In this document: piece after piece, positions 19,209 to 29,138 of the stretch
How the letters are laid out: each line of letters begins with the position of its first letter
Position numbering within the stretch: position 1 is the first letter of the stretch
Virus record (IMG/VR): IMGVR_UViG_3300021387_000161
Location: 64,001-128,000 of that record
Length of the DNA: 64,000 nt
DNA from: a virus
Lineage: Duplodnaviria > Caudoviricetes
Reading direction: 5' to 3' (one strand)
Program-made: the position numbers and the translations under genes
Notes under the pieces: model-generated
What the model was told of the DNA's origin: nothing
Databases searched by the model: none
The model's input: only the letters and a program-made list of their open reading frames with translations

Positions 19209-21682
19209 TAATTAGCACCAACCCTTGTTAAAGCCAACGTAGTTCTAAATCCTTCTCCTGATAATGTATCTTTCTGACCAGTTATTACATACACACCACT
19301 TGTTATATGCTTTTGACCATAAAAAACTACATTTACTAAAATATAATCCATAAGCATAACTGGTTTCATTAATCCTTTTAATGTTAATGAAGCATTTATA
19401 GGAAAATGAGTCATTTGAGTCCACCAATTCTTTTGTATTTCATTTAATACTGACGATGAACTAATTAGATTAGGAGAATAATTTTTTATTTTATTACCAC
19501 TATTATCTATGGAATAAATGTATTCATCTGATACTGAAGCATTCTCATACAATAATGACCATGCTAATTGATTATCAACATTGAATCCCATAACATAATT
19601 ATTATCTGGATAACCTACAGTTACTTCAAATATATTATTCGTATTATATTCATTTAAAACTGTATTATTAAGTTCTCTTATATTAAAATATGATCCACCC
19701 ATAGAATTATCAAAATCATTTTCATAAGATATATAATAAGTAGATTTTCTAATTACATCAGTAGTAGCATTAACTGAGTTACTCATTAAACTTACTAAAT
19801 AATTTAAATATTCTACTGAATTTATATTTGTTTTTGATTCTATATCTAATACAGCATCGTTAGTTGGAATTAAATTCTTCGAGTATACTAAATCTCTATT
19901 TCTCATACCAGGAAAAGCATCCAATAATAATTTAGATGTTTCAGGTATATCATATAAAATAGAATTTATAACATTAGAAGGTTTATTTACTGATGCTGTA
20001 AAATTAACTTTATGAGATGTAACTAATTCATTAGCAGATGTAGCATATATAGTGTATGATATTTTATTACTAACGTAGTCCCTATTCATAGAAACATTTG
20101 TTATAATTGCTTTCTCATCTCCATATACTACATTTGAATTATAATCTCCATACTTTATCCCTATCTTATCATATCTTACACTAGATAATAATTTATCTAT
20201 AAGATTAGGATCTTCACCAGGACGTATTTGATGAACTAAATTAAAAGTATATTTATTTATCTCACCATTTATTTTATCTACTTCTAAACTTGATATATGA
20301 TTTGGAAATTCGTCTACAGAATTTTTATAAGTACCGATAGTTCTTCCATTAAAATCTATCTCAACAAATGGAGCTTCTACCATAGCAGCAGATATAGGAA
20401 ATACTGAATTAGTATTTTTTATTAATCTACCTCTTGCTGAAGAAGTAGAAGGCATACTAATATATGAATCAAATACTGCGACAGTAGAATGAGTATCATC
20501 TAATTTTATATTTTTTAAAAAGTCTTTAGTAGATTGCTGTTTAGCTTTTAATGCTTTTTGTTCTTCAGATTCTTGAGCTTCTGCTTCTTCTAACCATTTA
20601 TAATTATTTGAGGAGTAAAGTTGAGAACTTCTTTCCTGCATATTAACGACAGCTTGAACATACTCATCTTCGTATATTCCTTCACCGTCGCCAGCACCTG
20701 ACATTCTTTCGTCCCATGTCTTTGCATATTTAACTCTCGCAGACATGTTTGGAAGACCAGCTCTCTCAAACTTCTTTTCAAACTGCTCAGTCATTTCCTT
20801 TAAACTGAGCGATTCATTTTTTAGAACTTTATTAGCTGATTTTTCAGAATTCTTTAATTCATAAACTAAGTATGCTACTTGGCCATCAACACTATCCCAT
20901 CTCTTAGCTTTTGAGTGTTCTTTGGCATATTTTTGCATCTTAGTTTTTCTTCCGAAAGTCCATTGACATAAACCTTCAGAACCATTTCCATCAAAGCTAC
21001 CATTAGTCTTTACTCTGATACCAGATTCTTGCTGCATATTTCCAAGTACTGCACAGCAAGCTTTATGTGAATACCCATAACCTTGTAATTCAAAATAAAC
21101 TTCAGCGCCTGTACCATACTTCTTTATATACCATGATTTATCATGAGCCGCTGATCCACCAGCCCCAACACCTTTTCCTGGAAATGTGATATACTGTAGA
21201 CCATAACTACTACTATTAAATCCATGTGCCCAAGTGGAACCAAAATAACCTATTTTATTATCGCAAGGATCTATAATATAAAAATCAGAATCTTTTACAT
21301 TATTCTCATTCTTACCGTCTCTAACCCCAATAACACATACATAATGATTAGCGTATGAGCCTTTAGTTGCTACTACAACTGGTTTTCCCTTTTTTAACTC
21401 CGCTATAATAGCTTTATATCTACTTTTTACAGATCCACCACTATGAGATGTAACTTTCATAGTACCCCATTGACACATTGCAAAAGTGCCACCGTTGTAT
21501 TTATTAGCTACAGCTTGATGTGATGCTGGGTTTCCTGATACTCTACATTTTTTTTCTAATATAGTATACCCATACGCAACCGCATATACCCCACATTGCT
21601 GAGACCCTTGTTTGCCTAATACTTTTTTAATTAATTGCTCATTATAACTTAATATCATATAAGCCTTCTTAATAATGTTCAA
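19208..21682 (-). CDS. Baseplate hub paralogue 1: C39-like peptidase + phage tail lysozyme + hub domain
   Basis: QGSQQCG...KGKPVVV...HYVCVIG...IIDP (C39-like); AVLGNMQQESG...GLCQWT (tail lysozyme); shared C-terminal domain. True start may be a few codons downstream (MILSY). Confidence 0.78.
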   Translation of the reverse strand: MNIIKKAYMILSYNEQLIKKVLGKQGSQQCGVYAVAYGYTILEKKCRVSGNPASHQAVANKYNGGTFAMCQWGTMKVTSHSGGSVKSRYKAIIAELKKGKPVVVATKGSYANHYVCVIGVRDGKNENNVKDSDFYIIDPCDNKIGYFGSTWAHGFNSSSYGLQYITFPGKGVGAGGSAAHDKSWYIKKYGTGAEVYFELQGYGYSHKACCAVLGNMQQESGIRVKTNGSFDGNGSEGLCQWTFGRKTKMQKYAKEHSKAKRWDSVDGQVAYLVYELKNSEKSANKVLKNESLSLKEMTEQFEKKFERAGLPNMSARVKYAKTWDERMSGAGDGEGIYEDEYVQAVVNMQERSSQLYSSNNYKWLEEAEAQESEEQKALKAKQQSTKDFLKNIKLDDTHSTVAVFDSYISMPSTSSARGRLIKNTNSVFPISAAMVEAPFVEIDFNGRTIGTYKNSVDEFPNHISSLEVDKINGEINKYTFNLVHQIRPGEDPNLIDKLLSSVRYDKIGIKYGDYNSNVVYGDEKAIITNVSMNRDYVSNKISYTIYATSANELVTSHKVNFTASVNKPSNVINSILYDIPETSKLLLDAFPGMRNRDLVYSKNLIPTNDAVLDIESKTNINSVEYLNYLVSLMSNSVNATTDVIRKSTYYISYENDFDNSMGGSYFNIRELNNTVLNEYNTNNIFEVTVGYPDNNYVMGFNVDNQLAWSLLYENASVSDEYIYSIDNSGNKIKNYSPNLISSSSVLNEIQKNWWTQMTHFPINASLTLKGLMKPVMLMDYILVNVVFYGQKHITSGVYVITGQKDTLSGEGFRTTLALTRVGAN

Positions 21683-22073
21683 ACTGTAAATTCTTACCCC
21701 TAGAAGGTAAGTATAAAATATCTCCAGGTTTTGGGTTTACAAATGGATCTATAATTCTATTATAATCACAAATAATCCAATACATAGTTGGATTATTATA
21801 TTTTTCTAAAGCTATTGAATCGTATGTATCTCCTTCTTTAACAGTATAAGCTTCATAATCATCTGAATCTTTAAGCCAAGAAGAAGTTGACATATTATAT
21901 TTTCCCTCAAGTCTATATGCTGGTAAACCAGTTTGAGGATCTAATTGTTGTATTCCATTACTATCTACTATTGGAACTTTTTTCTCACTTAACTTATTAT
22001 AATAATATGAAAAACCATTATAACGTGAAAAATAAGAACTTGTCTTTATTGTCTTAGTTGATAATACTTCCAT
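21669..22073 (-). CDS. LysM-domain baseplate protein (gp53/gpX-like)
   Basis: YTVKEGDTYDSIALEKYNNPTMYWIICDYNRIIDPF...PGDILYLP. Confidence 0.85.
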   Translation of the reverse strand: MEVLSTKTIKTSSYFSRYNGFSYYYNKLSEKKVPIVDSNGIQQLDPQTGLPAYRLEGKYNMSTSSWLKDSDDYEAYTVKEGDTYDSIALEKYNNPTMYWIICDYNRIIDPFVNPKPGDILYLPSRGKNLQFEHY

Positions 22074-22622
22074 TTACCATGTCCCCAATCTTCTTCCACC
22101 TTTTCTAGCAGGAAGTATACTTGCTGTTTGTGGTTCTACTTCTGATATAGAGAAATTAAGATTTACTAGAGCATATTTTGACTCACCATCATAATTTAAT
22201 ATTGGTAAATTAAATGTTTTACCAATACCACCAGTTACAACTCCTTTAATATAAATCTCATCTCTTATTTTTAAAGATACTATAGGAGGATTTACTACTT
22301 TATTGGCTTTTTCATAATCAGGCAATACTAATGCTTCTAAATTATTAATTAATTCCTCTACCATATCAGTAGATCCTGGATTAAATTCTTTGCATAAATC
22401 CCTATGTAAAGTAAATGATACTTGTACTGTTCTAGGACCTGAATTTTGGTAAGAATAAATAGGAGCACTTCTGCTTAAAGGGAAATTTGATGCAAAAGAA
22501 GCACTCATATTATCTGTAATAGAATCTGGATCTACTGGTATAACAAAACTCTTACCAGTATGATGAAAAATTATATAATTTTCAGTTGGTATTCTTTGTT
22601 TCTTTGATACCCTTATTGCCAT
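22074..22622 (-). CDS. Tail-tube initiator / tube-like baseplate protein
   Basis: PDSITDN...RSAPIYSYQNSGPRTVQVSFTL...PPIV motif of tube-initiator proteins; lies between tape measure and LysM gene. Confidence 0.7.
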   Translation of the reverse strand: MAIRVSKKQRIPTENYIIFHHTGKSFVIPVDPDSITDNMSASFASNFPLSRSAPIYSYQNSGPRTVQVSFTLHRDLCKEFNPGSTDMVEELINNLEALVLPDYEKANKVVNPPIVSLKIRDEIYIKGVVTGGIGKTFNLPILNYDGESKYALVNLNFSISEVEPQTASILPARKGGRRLGTW

Positions 22623-22631
22623 CTAATATCC

Positions 22632-24719
22632 TTATTCTTCCTCTTCTTCATATGTACCATCATATGCTATATTTTCATTTAATACGTCTCCGTCTAAGAA
22701 ATCACTTCCTACTCTGAGACTCTTTTCTATATCGGTTGTTACATAACCTAAATTATCTCTTATATATTGTTTAGGGTAAGTATTTGCAAAATCAAATATT
22801 AATTGTCTGTATCTATCGCTCCAGTAATTAAATGTATATCTACTATCTAATACAGAAACAACTGATAAATCATCTGATAATCTATCCATATCATTATTGA
22901 TAGTATCTAGATTACAAATTACATGCCATAATAGATACTGTATCAATGTTTCTGAGAATGGCCTTATTTTCTTAGTTTGAGTTTCCATAAGCATTAAATG
23001 ATCTGTAAATAGATGATCTAATCTTGATCTTGAAAATACTTCAAAATTATTATCGTTATAATATTTTTCTTTTGCTATGTCTGTATAATCACCCTCTAAT
23101 ATTATAATATTATGATCATATGATGCTGGAACTTGAATTAACATATATAAATTATCCTCTATATAATCATACATACAACAGTTATCTTCTGTTATATCAT
23201 AATTATAAGTCAAAGGTACTTCTGTTCTTTCTTTTTGATAGTATACTTTATCTGGATGTATATATGTATCTTCAGTGGGTACAAATTCACTATCAATAAA
23301 TTCATACCATCTATTATCATCTTCTTTATCTACGTAATAATAAACTGTATCTTCATTATATACAGTAGAAGATGTGCATTGTATATAAGTATGATTTATT
23401 TCATCGTAAGTATAATATTTTTCTTTGTTACTATTAAAAATATTTCTACCAAAGAAAGTTTCATCTTTTGGACATTGTTTATATGATTTTGTAATATCCT
23501 CAAATGTACCTATACTAGGATCTAAGCTTTCAAATAGTTCATATTTAGGTTTAGGTAATATTAATTTATTATCACCTGTCTCATCTTGAACATAGACATC
23601 AGTATTAGCTTTTAACTCATACTCACTACCATCATCTATTACAAATTTATAACCCGGTATATAATTTTTATTACCTATTAAATATGGATTATTATAATCA
23701 GCTACTATCCATGGACCACTTTTATTTCCATGTTCATCTACTGTTACATCTTCACTTTGTTTTCTAAAGGTAGGATAAGAACCAGCTGATGCTTCTCTAT
23801 AGTATTTAGGATTATAATTTGATGGTATTTCAGTATAAGCAAAACCAGAATAATTTATAACTTTATTCTTTGGAACATTATCAAACCTTATTTTTATAGG
23901 ATGTCTAAATCTTAAGTTAGGTTCATTATGGATAACATCATTATGATTTAACTTTATATATTTATTAGTAACATCTAACCCATTACCGAACCTATTATTA
24001 CTTAATGTTAATAATGTACCATGTCTAATAAATGCAGGAGCAATGGTTGTCATACCAACATTATTCATACAAATAGTATAATCAGTATTAAATCTTATAG
24101 GTACCTTATATACCTTTGTTGAATAATCTGCTGATGTCTTTCTTATCTCATCACTGGTTATATGTATATTTCTTAATAGTTGATTACTAAAACAATTATA
24201 TAGAGGCATTAGATTTAAATCATACATATCTCTAAGACCTCTTAAATACATACCTAAATGTTCATGCGTTTTATAATCATAACCCTCACTACTTGATAAG
24301 AAATTATAACATAGTTTATTATTTCTTTCACCAAAATGATATTCACCCAATATACTAAATGAAGCTACGTTTGGTTCATACCAACCTAGTTCTCTTGGGT
24401 GTCTGTTATCACCATTTCTTCCTACTACTCTTTTATACCCATGTTTAGATTTTTCATAATATATCTGACCAGCTTTAATTTTTTCATCATCTGATTTTCT
24501 TAAAGTAGACTCTGGATATTCATTAAAATCTAAATTAGCATTTTTTACCACTATATATCCACTATTAGTACATTTAATAATATTACACTTATAAATGTAT
24601 ATTCTATCTTTTAATATATAGTCATGCTCTCTTACTGTTCTAAATCTTGGTAAAAAAGTACTATTTAATAAGTTTTTAATAAAATAAGATTCATTTGAAA
24701 CTTTGTTAAATTCTATCAT
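22632..24719 (-). CDS. Hypothetical tail/baseplate-associated protein
   Basis: 695 aa in the tail module; carries TxD...YY modules also seen in other tail proteins. Confidence 0.45.
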   Translation of the reverse strand: MIEFNKVSNESYFIKNLLNSTFLPRFRTVREHDYILKDRIYIYKCNIIKCTNSGYIVVKNANLDFNEYPESTLRKSDDEKIKAGQIYYEKSKHGYKRVVGRNGDNRHPRELGWYEPNVASFSILGEYHFGERNNKLCYNFLSSSEGYDYKTHEHLGMYLRGLRDMYDLNLMPLYNCFSNQLLRNIHITSDEIRKTSADYSTKVYKVPIRFNTDYTICMNNVGMTTIAPAFIRHGTLLTLSNNRFGNGLDVTNKYIKLNHNDVIHNEPNLRFRHPIKIRFDNVPKNKVINYSGFAYTEIPSNYNPKYYREASAGSYPTFRKQSEDVTVDEHGNKSGPWIVADYNNPYLIGNKNYIPGYKFVIDDGSEYELKANTDVYVQDETGDNKLILPKPKYELFESLDPSIGTFEDITKSYKQCPKDETFFGRNIFNSNKEKYYTYDEINHTYIQCTSSTVYNEDTVYYYVDKEDDNRWYEFIDSEFVPTEDTYIHPDKVYYQKERTEVPLTYNYDITEDNCCMYDYIEDNLYMLIQVPASYDHNIIILEGDYTDIAKEKYYNDNNFEVFSRSRLDHLFTDHLMLMETQTKKIRPFSETLIQYLLWHVICNLDTINNDMDRLSDDLSVVSVLDSRYTFNYWSDRYRQLIFDFANTYPKQYIRDNLGYVTTDIEKSLRVGSDFLDGDVLNENIAYDGTYEEEEE

Positions 24720-24727
24720 TTAAAACC

Positions 24728-27139
24728 TTATAATGCAACTGCGTTTGCAGTATTTGTATTAGTTTTATTGTCTTTTGTACTATTGCTAGATTCATCTCCA
24801 GCATACTGGAATAAATTATCTTTAAGAACTTTATTTTCTCCAGTAAATGTAGATTCCATAGCATTCTCATCTGCAAATATTGAAGCAAATGATCTTAATG
24901 TATCATCAGTCATACCAGTTAGGAATACAGCAAATGCTTCCTTACCAGCTTCATTTTTCATTTTTAACTTATCTAATTCTTTTAATTTCTCTAATATAGG
25001 ATCAGCTTCTGCTTCATCGCTATCCCAACTTTTTCCAGAATAAGAAGCATATTCTTTCTGATACTCATTACTAGATTTTATAGAAGACATAGTATTTACT
25101 GTCTTAAAGTTAGAACCATTTGAGGTTATAGTAGCACTTATACTTGTAGAATTTCCTCCATAAGAAGGAGCACCATTTATAAGTGTTTCTAACCCTCTTC
25201 CAGGACCAGTCATTAATGATGGAATAGCCCTTAATGTTGATAATAGTCCTTTAAATTCTTGTCTAATTATATTTAATTCGGCAAGAGCACCTGCCCCTTT
25301 AACAATTAAAGATGCAGGACCCATCTTAGCTGCAGGAGAAGCTGATATTTGATTAGCTACATCTACTATAACATTTGATATTTTCCATGATAAATAACTA
25401 GAAGCATCTTTTGCAATTGAACTACCAAATGTAAATCTAGCATTATCCATAACATTTTGTATTTGTTCTGCTACTACTGTTCTTGCCGTTGATTGAACTT
25501 GCTGCAACTCATTAGATACCATACTTAAAGCTGAACCTTGATTTACATAAGTTAATCCACCCATCTTACTAGATAAATTTTTAAATGCTTGTAAATCAGC
25601 CATACTCATACCAAATAATTGAGTATATGAAGATGTTAATACATTATTATCTTTAGTGTTTGCTTCTATTTGAGTTAAATATTTTACTACAGCAGTTAAT
25701 AGTTCATTTATATCTGAAGTAGATAAACCTTGTTGCAATATATCTGCATAGTCCATGCCTATAGTGTCCATACTTAATAACACTAATCTTTGCAAATCTG
25801 AGTCAGAAGCAAGTGCTGATACATTACCAGAACCAAGTGCGTTTAATGCGTTAGCAATTTTACTAACTGTTCCTGAATCAACACCTGATTCATACATAGC
25901 TCCCATCCAAGTTTGCATAACAGAACTATATTCGGTAACATCTCTATCACCAGAAATTACAACAGCATCTGTTATAGCGTTTTGTATTCCACTAAACATG
26001 TCTTGCATATAAGTAGAATCTTTAAATACTCTATTTAATGTATTCCTTAATGCAATCTCTAAACCAAATTGGGTAGCTGTAACGTCTGTTTGTCTTAATT
26101 TTACTAATCTTAATAAACTTCCTTCCATAGAAGAAAAACTAGAAAGTGTTTTATCCTTTATAGTTTCTAATAATGCTCTTTGTTCTACATTATAGGTTAT
26201 TCCTCTGGAAGTTAAATTTGCTATCTGACTTATATAATCAGTTTGTTTTACAAATCTACTAAGTCCTAATGAATCAACTGTTCCTTCCATAGTGGATTCA
26301 AAAGTTTGACCAGTACCCTCTAACGCAGCATTTATTCTTCCAACATTATTAGCTAATACGTTGGCAGCTTCTTCAACCCAACCATCTACAGATTTTCTTA
26401 CTGCCATTGCAACATCTAAAATTTTAGATGTAGTTTTTGCTATGATTCCTATAGGACCAGAAACTTTTCCTAAGTTTTTATCTATTTCCTCACCTAATAT
26501 AGAAGCATGTTTATCTGATGCAACAGATAAAGCTGCTTGCTGTGCCCATTCAGGGGCTTTACTTGCTTTTATAGCCTCTTCTATAGAATCTTGCTTATCT
26601 TTTCTTCTCTGTTGTATTTGAGAAATAGGTTGATTAGCTTCTGCCCTTTCTAGATCTTGTTGTTCTTCTGCTAACTGATCATATAATTCTCCAAGTTTTG
26701 CCAAATCCTTATTGGATTTTATTTCTTTAGATTCTATATGGGCAATCTCAGCTTTAGTAGCTATAACATTTGCTAATGCGTCATCTATATCATATTGTAA
26801 AGAATTAGTAGCGTCAATAGCTTCTTGTGCTTTAACTATATCCTCTTTACCAAGTCTTTCCAAGGATTTTGCAACCTCAGACTTTCTTGACATAAGCCCA
26901 TTTACAATACGTTCTTGCTGTTCTAGTTGGCTCTTTACTTCATAGTAACCATCATCGCCTTTAGAGAGTTGCGCAAATTGGTTATTAAGTTTTTCACGGA
27001 TTCTAGTCTGCTCAACTAAATTATTAGATATCATAGACAATCTTTTGGCTTCTTTTGCCGCAAATTGTTCCATATATCGATCTTCAGCTTGTCTTTTCTC
27101 TATACTTTTTAATATTTTATTTCCAGGGTTATTAGCCAT
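24728..27139 (-). CDS. Tape measure protein
   Basis: 803 aa, helical/coiled-coil, A/S/Q/L-rich; follows chaperone genes and precedes baseplate genes. Confidence 0.7.
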   Translation of the reverse strand: MANNPGNKILKSIEKRQAEDRYMEQFAAKEAKRLSMISNNLVEQTRIREKLNNQFAQLSKGDDGYYEVKSQLEQQERIVNGLMSRKSEVAKSLERLGKEDIVKAQEAIDATNSLQYDIDDALANVIATKAEIAHIESKEIKSNKDLAKLGELYDQLAEEQQDLERAEANQPISQIQQRRKDKQDSIEEAIKASKAPEWAQQAALSVASDKHASILGEEIDKNLGKVSGPIGIIAKTTSKILDVAMAVRKSVDGWVEEAANVLANNVGRINAALEGTGQTFESTMEGTVDSLGLSRFVKQTDYISQIANLTSRGITYNVEQRALLETIKDKTLSSFSSMEGSLLRLVKLRQTDVTATQFGLEIALRNTLNRVFKDSTYMQDMFSGIQNAITDAVVISGDRDVTEYSSVMQTWMGAMYESGVDSGTVSKIANALNALGSGNVSALASDSDLQRLVLLSMDTIGMDYADILQQGLSTSDINELLTAVVKYLTQIEANTKDNNVLTSSYTQLFGMSMADLQAFKNLSSKMGGLTYVNQGSALSMVSNELQQVQSTARTVVAEQIQNVMDNARFTFGSSIAKDASSYLSWKISNVIVDVANQISASPAAKMGPASLIVKGAGALAELNIIRQEFKGLLSTLRAIPSLMTGPGRGLETLINGAPSYGGNSTSISATITSNGSNFKTVNTMSSIKSSNEYQKEYASYSGKSWDSDEAEADPILEKLKELDKLKMKNEAGKEAFAVFLTGMTDDTLRSFASIFADENAMESTFTGENKVLKDNLFQYAGDESSNSTKDNKTNTNTANAVAL

Positions 27140-27146
27140 TTATTGA

Positions 27147-27410
27147 CTATCCTCTTGCAGCTTTAGCTTTTTCAAACGCTGCATTTTGTTCTTTTAATTC
27201 TTCTGTTATAAACTTTAATATCATCTTCCTTTCTAAAGGAGTTATCTCATCTAAATCTAAAAAAGATGTATGTATTTTATTTGAAATAATATATTTCTCT
27301 TTAGCTATATGCTCCATAAGAATTGTCTTATCTCTATTATAAGGTAGGAGTAGGTCTAAAAAATGATTGGTTGACACGAAAGGGAGCAATAAATGAAGAA
27401 CCACATACAC
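27147..27410 (-). CDS. Small tail/hub assembly chaperone (gp51/gpT-like); true start uncertain (ATG at 27317 or frameshift product)
   Basis: SFLDLDEITPLERKMILKFITEELKEQN resembles the small helical gene typically found between gp26-like chaperone and tape measure. Confidence 0.55.
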   Translation of the reverse strand: MYVVLHLLLPFVSTNHFLDLLLPYNRDKTILMEHIAKEKYIISNKIHTSFLDLDEITPLERKMILKFITEELKEQNAAFEKAKAARG

Positions 27411-28092
27411 TACAATATGCTGTTGAATCTAACTCAATACCCATAGAATTATTTACCTGATCTATTCTGTATAAAATAGCATTAGAATCTGCCATAGGTA
27501 AATCTCTAATCCATTGTTCCAATGAAATTGGATCTACATCTTCATCATCTATTTGTTCTATTGAAGCCATAATAGTATAAAGTACTGTAGCATTCTCATT
27601 ATTATTCTTACGTCTCTTATTATGGTCTCTTACTCTGGCATTAATTCTATCCAACATTCTAGGAGTTTGCATAGTTAATTTTATATGATTACCACTTACT
27701 GGTAAGTTAAATTCTAATAAATCTACTAATGAATCATCATACTCACTAACTGGTAATTCATCTATATTTAATGTTACAGTATTTTCAAACCCACAATAAG
27801 GACATCTACATTGTAATTCATATTCAGGACCAAATGTTACCACTCTTAACTTGTATAATAAATATTGAAAATCTCCTAAGCATAAATCATAAGAACTTAT
27901 ACCTAAATCTGATACTAAACAATCATCTATAATCTGTGCCATTAATTTTTGATTTTCTTCTGTTGCAGATAATCTTAACATCTCATGTTTAGTTTTCATA
28001 CTGCTAAGTTCTACTTCAGGATTTACTTCTTCTTCATATACTAATCCATGTGAAGGTAAATATAGATTTTCAACTATTCTTGAATTTTCCAT
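27337..28092 (-). CDS. T4 gp26-like baseplate hub / tail assembly chaperone
   Basis: LPSHGLVY...DLCLGDFQYLLYKLRVVTFGPEY...CPYC...CSVC; upstream of tape measure; SD AAGGAG. Confidence 0.75.
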   Translation of the reverse strand: MENSRIVENLYLPSHGLVYEEEVNPEVELSSMKTKHEMLRLSATEENQKLMAQIIDDCLVSDLGISSYDLCLGDFQYLLYKLRVVTFGPEYELQCRCPYCGFENTVTLNIDELPVSEYDDSLVDLLEFNLPVSGNHIKLTMQTPRMLDRINARVRDHNKRRKNNNENATVLYTIMASIEQIDDEDVDPISLEQWIRDLPMADSNAILYRIDQVNNSMGIELDSTAYCSVCGSSFIAPFRVNQSFFRPTPTL

Positions 28093-28123
28093 AAATAAAT
28101 CATCTCCTTTTTCAGTTATTATT

Positions 28124-28160
28124 AAAAAAAGTCAACACAAAACTAGGTTCATGTTGACTT
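28124..28160 (-). terminator. Intrinsic terminator
   Basis: Minus strand AAGTCAACA-loop-TGTTGACTT followed by a T-run. Confidence 0.7.
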
Positions 28161-28274
28161 ATTATACTCAACTGAATCTCATAATATAAATTTATCATTT
28201 ATTAGTTATCATCTTAATATCATTCGTTAGTTATCTGGTGAGATTCTATTCTTTAATTATCTAATTATTATATA

Positions 28275-28284
28275 TAATTTAGCA
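28275..28284 (-). promoter_or_regulatory. Recurrent promoter-like motif TGCTAAATTA (candidate late promoter)
   Basis: Identical 10-mer, followed by TATA within 0-1 nt, also at 45361, 54461, 59389 (intergenic) and 14115 (intragenic). Confidence 0.6.
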
Positions 28285-28303
28285 ATATTTATATCTTATT
28301 TTA

Positions 28304-29137
28304 TTATTTATACAATAACTTTTTAAGATCTATATATGCTCCTGTGCAAGCACTTGTTGGTGTGTTATGTAGTTTATTTTTATCTACTTTTATTCCTCTA
28401 TTCTCTACTATTTTCTTAGCTTCATCATATAAACCATTTTTTACAGCTTCATCAAACATGTTTTGGACTAAATGTATATTTGCTTTGGCTTGAGATTCAT
28501 ACAAATATTCATCATCATATTCTTCTTCGTCTCCAAAAGCACCTTCTAAATAATCTATTACATCATTAGCTAAATCTTCATCTCCATAATTATGTACTAT
28601 TTCGCTCCATACTTCTCTTAATGAAATATCATATGGGTATAAGCTACTATATTCTTTACAAACGTCATCAAAGAGTTCATAATCATAAGACTCATCTAAT
28701 CCACTTCCATTTCTGTTTCTACTATATATAATCCTGCCACCGTTTTGTTCAATAAAGTTTAATAGTTGAGATTTATCCATTGCTTTAACTTGTGATACAA
28801 GATGTATAAAGTCATCTGACGAAATACTCTGGCAATAAACTTCACCATAATCTGTATCATCATTAAATATTACAATACAATTTATAGAATTCAATACTTT
28901 ATTCTTATTTTCATCATATATCATTTTAGAACTTGAAAGTAATTTTATTTCTTTTCCATCACCTAATTTTATCCAATTTTTATCATTAAACTTTAACAAT
29001 CCATGTCTGTTATCCGCCATTGGCATTGCACCGTTTATATCTTCCATAAATGATTCATTCAATCTTCTACTCTTCTTTTTTTCTTGCTCTATGCCACTCA
29101 TAGCATATAATCTATCTGTAAATTCATTTAATTTCAT
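28304..29137 (-). CDS. Hypothetical protein, candidate internal head polyprotein
   Basis: 277 aa; LNE, LNES, LDES and LYES sites separate distinct segments. Confidence 0.5.
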   Translation of the reverse strand: MKLNEFTDRLYAMSGIEQEKKKSRRLNESFMEDINGAMPMADNRHGLLKFNDKNWIKLGDGKEIKLLSSSKMIYDENKNKVLNSINCIVIFNDDTDYGEVYCQSISSDDFIHLVSQVKAMDKSQLLNFIEQNGGRIIYSRNRNGSGLDESYDYELFDDVCKEYSSLYPYDISLREVWSEIVHNYGDEDLANDVIDYLEGAFGDEEEYDDEYLYESQAKANIHLVQNMFDEAVKNGLYDEAKKIVENRGIKVDKNKLHNTPTSACTGAYIDLKKLLYK

Positions 29138-29138
29138 T

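Noticed and set aside
28170-28250. Type III toxin-antitoxin array (repeats + terminator + gene)
   Set aside because: Only two short repeats, and the downstream gene is a tail chaperone rather than a ToxN/CptN/TenpN toxin; kept only as a possible leader or sRNA
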